A DNA stretch of 64,000 nt from Myxococcota bacterium (GTDB taxonomy: Bacteria > Myxococcota_A > SURF-8). Position 1 is the first letter of the stretch. Each line of letters opens with the position of its first letter. Location of the stretch: NCBI GenBank assembly GCA_965140415.1, contig OZ223209.1:1472001-1536000 (forward strand), given 5' to 3'. Of this stretch, positions 58,774 to 64,000 are shown one piece after another. Below the pieces are notes generated by a model that searched no databases, was not told the origin of the DNA, and was given only the letters and a program-made list of their open reading frames with translations. Both the position numbers and the translations under genes were made by a program.

Positions 58774-61572
58774 ATGACCTCTGAAAACGCTACAAAAAAA
58801 GCGTGCTCCAGATCGACAAAAGGACAAGAGCACTCCGGTGAATTTTCCAAGCTTGTGGCCAGCTTACTGGAAACGGCTGGATTTATTTACTATTCTATCG
58901 ATTCCAAAGGCAAACTTACTCTATCGGACGAAAAGATTTTCAAACCTCGTCAAGATGAAAAAGAGGTGTTATTTAAGGATCTCCATGTCTTCCCTCCCGA
59001 TTTTCAACATGTGATAAGCCATCAGCGTTCTCAGCAAATCATACAGGTCTATTCCTTACTAAACACCAATATAGGTAGAGGCTGGTTTCGTAATTTGATC
59101 CATTCCAGTGAGAACAATCTTATCGAAGGTCTTCTCACCGATGTAACGGAAGACTTTGAAAAGAACCATCAAGCTTTTCTTATCACGCGTGAAATTGAGA
59201 CAGAAAACGGAAAAGAAGAGCTGAAAGTCGTGTACTCCAATCAAAAAGCAAGGAAACTGCTGGGATTGCGGGTAGGTCCTTTTAACGAGCTTTCTCCATG
59301 GGATTTGGTTGTGGAAGAGGACAATGAATCTTTACAAACGAACTACCAAAAATTTCTTAAAAGTAAAACCAAGACGGATTCCCCCCAAGCTGATTTCTTA
59401 CGGCCATGGCGAAGCCGCGCAGTAAACAAGAGGATTTCAATCGAATTCCAAAAATGGGATTATATGCCTGCTGGAACTAAATGGCTAATCAACGATGCAA
59501 CAGATCAGGCCAAGGCCCAGCAAGAAGTCGAAATGCTGGCGGATAGTTTAAGCCAAATGACGGATGGTGTTTGTATCTATAACATGAAAGAAAAAAATAT
59601 CGACTGGGCTAATCATCGCTTCAGAGAGATTTTTGCAATAGGACAAAACCACCCCTTGCCCAAAATCCTAGAACTTTTCCCTGAAGAAGCAAAGTCTTTA
59701 ATCAACGAGAAAATTCGTATTAGAAAACAAAATGTAATGGAGTATGATTATTATGAGATTAAAGCCCAAAAATTAGATCGCAATAAAACGCCATTCTACA
59801 TAGAAATTAGCTCAACGAGAAAAGCAAACACTAATCAAGCAATTTTCTCCGTTCGGGATGTAACGCATAAAAAACTAGTGGATCGCATTGATAGCAATTT
59901 GGATGATATTGAAAAGACGTATGACAATATTTTTAATGCCATAGATCATTTGCTTCAATCTCGCCTAATGCTTTTATATTACTTCAACGAAGACAACAAT
60001 ACGCTTTGCCTTAGGAAATCCAAATATCTGGATCTGAAATACTATGAGGATATTGATAACCTATACTTCAAACCTACCAAGGAAGAAATTCAGCTTATTG
60101 ATGAACTTGCGGATAATACTAAGACAAAACATTGCAATTTTTCTGAATATCCATCACAAAAACCATTTGAACCATTCACTAGGAACTACCTCAACAAAAA
60201 AAGTCACTCTCTTGTTGTGTTTCCCATTCGCATAGGAAAAGAAACCGTAGGTGCACTTTATACCATCACAGATTTACAACCGAGTCAAAATCCAGAAATA
60301 AGCTTCCGTTTGGAGCAACTTGTTTCAATCAGTTCGCGTGCCATTGAAAATGCGTTGACCATACGAACCAATTTGGTCCGCGATCAGATTGTGCAAGATA
60401 TTGTATACAGGGAGGGAATGGAGTCGGATGAATTCTTCAAGAAATTAGTGAATAGTGTTAATAAGCAAATCAATGCTGGAGCTGTAACGATATTTACAGA
60501 AGATGGGGACTGGTGTCTCCATTTCAAAGCGAGTACAGTAAGTGTGATAGGCAATGCATCCTACTCTTTCGGAGTTGGAATTACCGGACTTATTGCAGAT
60601 CAGAGAAAACCAATCACGGTCCCCGATTTAAGAAAAGATGGTCGAGTCAAAGGCAATGTTAACGAATTCTCCCCGATTAATACCATCTCATTTTTAGGTG
60701 TTCCGATTAGGTCAGAAACGAGAGATGTTATTGGTGTACTTCGCTGTGTGAATAATTATTTGCACGTCGATGGGTATCCTAAGCCCGTGGTCTGTTTCGG
60801 TTTTGAAGAGATTTATATACTTAAATCCATCGCTGATGGTATCCGATCGTTTATTGTTACCTATAGGGCAGAACAACTTAGACGTCGTGCGTACTTACTA
60901 ACCTCTCACGAGTTTGCCGCTCCCCCAATTCAAATCTTGAATGCAAAACGCGCACTGCAAGTCAATATGCAAACCAGTAAGGGAAGTGTTGAAGACAACC
61001 TTGCACTTCTTGATGATATTGATGCATTGGCCAATTATGTGATCTCGATTTCAGATGGTCTTAAAATACTTCGACAAGATCCTTCCGTTTTAGCGGATTC
61101 GCGATGCTACCTTCATGAAGACATTTTTGAGCCTGCTGTACGAGTGGTAAAAAAAATGTATGAAAGTCATAAGCCTAGAATCAGTGTCGCTCAGCACCCG
61201 GAAAGGGTATATTCTTTAAACAAAGGTCAAATGATAGCAGCAGTAACAAATCTCATAATAAATGGGATCAAGTACAAGAAACCGAATGAAGAGCAAGCGA
61301 GGATATTTATCGACTACTATTTGTCTGAAGATAGAAGGTTGTACATACGGTTCACCGACTATGGAGTTGGAATTGAGCCGAAAGAAAACGACAAAATCTT
61401 CGACATGGAATTTAGAAACACAAAAACATCAAAAACAGTAATGGGAAGCGGGCTTGGATTATCCGTTGTAAAGGCTGTCTTCAAAGCTCACGGTGGTGAT
61501 ATCGAAGTGATTCAGTTTAAAGACCCAACTATTTTTCGCGGATATATTCCTGCGGAACGTTTTGTTAGCTAA
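58774..61572 (+). CDS. Cytoplasmic PAS/GAF sensor histidine kinase
   Basis: PAS (WANHRF, SVRDVT), two GAF-like domains (SFLGVPI), H-box SHEFAAP, N-box NLIINGIKY, DYGVGI, GSGLGL; AT-rich. Confidence 0.9.
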   Translation: MTSENATKKACSRSTKGQEHSGEFSKLVASLLETAGFIYYSIDSKGKLTLSDEKIFKPRQDEKEVLFKDLHVFPPDFQHVISHQRSQQIIQVYSLLNTNIGRGWFRNLIHSSENNLIEGLLTDVTEDFEKNHQAFLITREIETENGKEELKVVYSNQKARKLLGLRVGPFNELSPWDLVVEEDNESLQTNYQKFLKSKTKTDSPQADFLRPWRSRAVNKRISIEFQKWDYMPAGTKWLINDATDQAKAQQEVEMLADSLSQMTDGVCIYNMKEKNIDWANHRFREIFAIGQNHPLPKILELFPEEAKSLINEKIRIRKQNVMEYDYYEIKAQKLDRNKTPFYIEISSTRKANTNQAIFSVRDVTHKKLVDRIDSNLDDIEKTYDNIFNAIDHLLQSRLMLLYYFNEDNNTLCLRKSKYLDLKYYEDIDNLYFKPTKEEIQLIDELADNTKTKHCNFSEYPSQKPFEPFTRNYLNKKSHSLVVFPIRIGKETVGALYTITDLQPSQNPEISFRLEQLVSISSRAIENALTIRTNLVRDQIVQDIVYREGMESDEFFKKLVNSVNKQINAGAVTIFTEDGDWCLHFKASTVSVIGNASYSFGVGITGLIADQRKPITVPDLRKDGRVKGNVNEFSPINTISFLGVPIRSETRDVIGVLRCVNNYLHVDGYPKPVVCFGFEEIYILKSIADGIRSFIVTYRAEQLRRRAYLLTSHEFAAPPIQILNAKRALQVNMQTSKGSVEDNLALLDDIDALANYVISISDGLKILRQDPSVLADSRCYLHEDIFEPAVRVVKKMYESHKPRISVAQHPERVYSLNKGQMIAAVTNLIINGIKYKKPNEEQARIFIDYYLSEDRRLYIRFTDYGVGIEPKENDKIFDMEFRNTKTSKTVMGSGLGLSVVKAVFKAHGGDIEVIQFKDPTIFRGYIPAERFVS

Positions 61573-61587
61573 TTATACGGGGAAAAC

Positions 61588-61986
61588 ATGCCAAAGAAAA
61601 TCCTATTCGTAGATGACAATCCTGATCAAATAAAGTACTTCCGCAGGTATTTGGATTCTCAAAACGATTTCAAAACAGAAATTATGGTGAAGATTTCTGA
61701 GTTGTTCAAAATGATCTCCAAGGGAAATCTCGCGGATCTTATCGTATTGGACATTATGATGCCAACGGAAGGGCGTTACGAAAGCGACCCGGCACAAGGT
61801 GGAATTATGACTGGCGTCAAGGTGTATGAGGAACTTCAAGATAAGCAGATTAATATTCCGGTCATGATTTATTCCGTACTGCGCAAGGAAGATGTTCCCA
61901 TGTTGGATGCAAATGTCCCGTATCACTGGAAAAACGACGACTTTGAAGAAATCGAGTATACTATTCGTAAATTATTAAAAGTATAG
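61588..61986 (+). CDS. Single-domain response regulator
   Basis: ILFVDD, LIVLDIMMP (phosphoacceptor), YS, K. Confidence 0.88.
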   Translation: MPKKILFVDDNPDQIKYFRRYLDSQNDFKTEIMVKISELFKMISKGNLADLIVLDIMMPTEGRYESDPAQGGIMTGVKVYEELQDKQINIPVMIYSVLRKEDVPMLDANVPYHWKNDDFEEIEYTIRKLLKV

Positions 61987-61998
61987 AGGTAATCTGGC

Positions 61999-62721
61999 AT
62001 GAAACAGCACACTGCCTCCAACATTGGAATGGGAGTGCTTTATGCACTAACTATAGCTTGCGCAATTTTAATTTTATATCTTGTATTTATGGAAATTCGC
62101 ATTCAATTTTCTAAAGACCTCGTTTTGTCCGAAAATGGGAAGTTGCTAATCGTGGTCGATGCTGGTCCCGATACAAAATGTGTAAAATCAAAGCAAGGTC
62201 TTAACCATATTGAAATAAAGAACAACCAGAACTCTTCGGATATCTTGACCCTATTAGGCTTATTTATCGCTGCAATCACATTGACCGCAGCTATACGATT
62301 TTTCTCGTTTGTCAAAGAAACCGACAGCCTCAGTCAGAAACTGGAAGAAAAAATTAAGGAGCATGCAAAGCTTATAAATAGTTTTGACGAATTCCGAAAA
62401 CTCAACATATTCCAGACCGATATTTTACTTCAACTTACTAATGAAATGTACGGTCTAACTAAATTAAGCGGTATTAAAAACGAAAATCTTAAAAACACAC
62501 TGACTGGTATTGCCTTGCAGTTTTTCAGGCTCATTGTAGATAGAGCCGACTTTCGCCGCCTTAATGAATTTCATTACCTACTTCCTCAATACAAAGATCA
62601 ATTTAAAGGTGATAATAAAATTTATAATGGCTTGGCAAAGATGAAAGCCGACCCGGATTGTCCAGATGATCTTCGCGAGAAATTGAAGTATATCCTGCCG
62701 CTGATCAAGCCTGATCCCTAA
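61999..62721 (+). CDS. Hypothetical 2-TM membrane protein
   Basis: Two hydrophobic helices plus a helical C-terminal domain; same AT-rich cassette; GAGG RBS. Confidence 0.7.
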   Translation: MKQHTASNIGMGVLYALTIACAILILYLVFMEIRIQFSKDLVLSENGKLLIVVDAGPDTKCVKSKQGLNHIEIKNNQNSSDILTLLGLFIAAITLTAAIRFFSFVKETDSLSQKLEEKIKEHAKLINSFDEFRKLNIFQTDILLQLTNEMYGLTKLSGIKNENLKNTLTGIALQFFRLIVDRADFRRLNEFHYLLPQYKDQFKGDNKIYNGLAKMKADPDCPDDLREKLKYILPLIKPDP

Positions 62722-62806
62722 CCTTTTCCTTGACTATCAGAGCGGCTTACCGCAGAGTATAAACAGTGAGTTGCACTACCCTGTCACATGCCGGAAGGAG
62801 GGCGCC

Positions 62807-63334
62807 ATGCAGTGTCAGACCTGTGGACATCCGCAGATGGAAAAAATGCAGTATGAAGGCGTAGAGATCGAAGTCTGTCCGCGCTGCGGAGCGAAATGGC
62901 TGGATAACGGGGAGTTGCAGCGTATCGTCAAACTGCGTGAAGAGCGGTTCGACCAGGCGATCATCGACGAAGTCTCCGAGTTGGCCAAGAAAAGCCGTTC
63001 CATGCCGCCTGCGGAAATTTCGCGCGAGCGCTTCTGTCCCAAGTGCAACGCATCCATGACGCCGGTGAATTACCAGTATTCCTCCAACATCATTATCGAC
63101 CGCTGCCCCAATAACCACGGTGTGTGGCTGGACCCAGAAGAGCTGGAGAAAATTCAGGCGTACGGCGAACACTGGATGGACGAAGTCCAGCAGAATAAGG
63201 GCAAGTACACCGATATGGCTCGCCAGATCAAAGTCGAATACGATATGAAATATCAGAAGGAAGACAACGTCAAGGTTTCCCATTTCGACTTCGTCAACAA
63301 ACTGATCAACGGTATCATCAAGCTCGATTTCTAG
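62807..63334 (+). CDS. Protein with two zf-TFIIB-like zinc ribbons
   Basis: CQTC...CPRCGAKWLDNGEL and CPKC...CPNNHGVWLDPEEL; AAGGAGG RBS. Confidence 0.85.
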   Translation: MQCQTCGHPQMEKMQYEGVEIEVCPRCGAKWLDNGELQRIVKLREERFDQAIIDEVSELAKKSRSMPPAEISRERFCPKCNASMTPVNYQYSSNIIIDRCPNNHGVWLDPEELEKIQAYGEHWMDEVQQNKGKYTDMARQIKVEYDMKYQKEDNVKVSHFDFVNKLINGIIKLDF

Positions 63335-63407
63335 CCTTGTTCCTTGCCGATCCTGTCGGTGAAATAGGGAGAAATCCGGGCGAAACCGTGTCATTCGAGG
63401 TAAGCAG

Positions 63408-64000
63408 ATGAACCGCATTGTGGAGTGTGTGCCGAACTTCTCGGAGGGGCGCAACCGGGAGGTCATCGACGCCATTGCTGCCGTCGTGCGCGCAGTGGAT
63501 GGCGTACGCCTGTTGAACATCGAACCGGACGGCGACTACAATCGTTCGGTTTTCACCTTTATAGGAGAACCTCAGGCGGTCGTTTTAGCCGCCTATAAAG
63601 CGACGGAGAAGGCGGCGCCACTTATCGACATGCGCACGCATAACGGGGGGCACCCGCGCATGGGAGCCACCGACGTTGTTCCCTTCATTCCGGTTTCCGG
63701 CGTAACGATGCAGGATTGCATAGAATGCGCGCGCGAATACGGGCGACGCGTTGCAGCCGAACTGAACATTCCGATTTATCTATACGAGCGGGCCGCCTCG
63801 CGCCCGGAACGTCATAATCTGGCCGACGTGCGTAAGGGGCAGTACGAGGGACTGGTGGAGAAACTGCAAGATCCCGACTGGGCACCCGACTTCGGACCAG
63901 CGCAATTCAACGCCCGCAGCGGGTTGACGATTACCGGCGCACGCCCGTTTCTGATCGCCTACAATGTGAGCCTGAATACAACGGATGTGACGATTGCCAA
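63408..64000 (+). CDS. ftcD: Glutamate formimidoyltransferase (partial, runs off the window)
   Basis: Translated from sequence: MNRIVECVPNFSEGR...DYNRSVFT...HPRMGATDVVPFIP...GARPFLIAYN. Confidence 0.93.
   Translation, partial: MNRIVECVPNFSEGRNREVIDAIAAVVRAVDGVRLLNIEPDGDYNRSVFTFIGEPQAVVLAAYKATEKAAPLIDMRTHNGGHPRMGATDVVPFIPVSGVTMQDCIECAREYGRRVAAELNIPIYLYERAASRPERHNLADVRKGQYEGLVEKLQDPDWAPDFGPAQFNARSGLTITGARPFLIAYNVSLNTTDVTIA

Noticed and set aside
1..64000. tRNA, rRNA, integrase, transposase or prophage genes
   Set aside because: None recognised by eye; tRNAscan-SE, barrnap and ISEScan would be needed to exclude them formally.

Overview
A 64 kb chromosomal window from a GC-rich diderm bacterium. 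Gene content points to a Myxococcota/deltaproteobacterium-like lineage (inference from LptD, PilZ, zinc-ribbon/GYF/TPR, PEGA, DUF4175 and many Cys/Asp-rich lipoproteins). Housekeeping genes include lptD, a gamma-carbonic anhydrase, lysC, dnaG-rpoD, dut, an AddB-like nuclease, nagZ, rsfS-rlmH and a partial ftcD. They are interleaved with many secreted lipoproteins and three visibly AT-rich accessory segments: a CotH kinase gene, a solo HEPN-motif gene, and a PAS/GAF histidine kinase-receiver-membrane protein cassette. I found no tRNA, rRNA, CRISPR array, transposase or integrase. The most notable observations are: (1) a shared Asp-Gly-Asp ('DGD') acidic linker after the lipobox of seven unrelated lipoproteins; (2) a PEGA/CsgG-like protein translationally coupled to two DGD lipoproteins, a candidate surface-display module; (3) a 172-nt nested inverted repeat in an intergenic region, a candidate ncRNA or MITE; (4) a dispersed REP-like repeat present twice; (5) a diheme cytochrome c-addB-dut coupling with no adjacent addA; (6) a stand-alone HEPN gene. 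All functional calls come from recognising motifs by eye; no database search was run.
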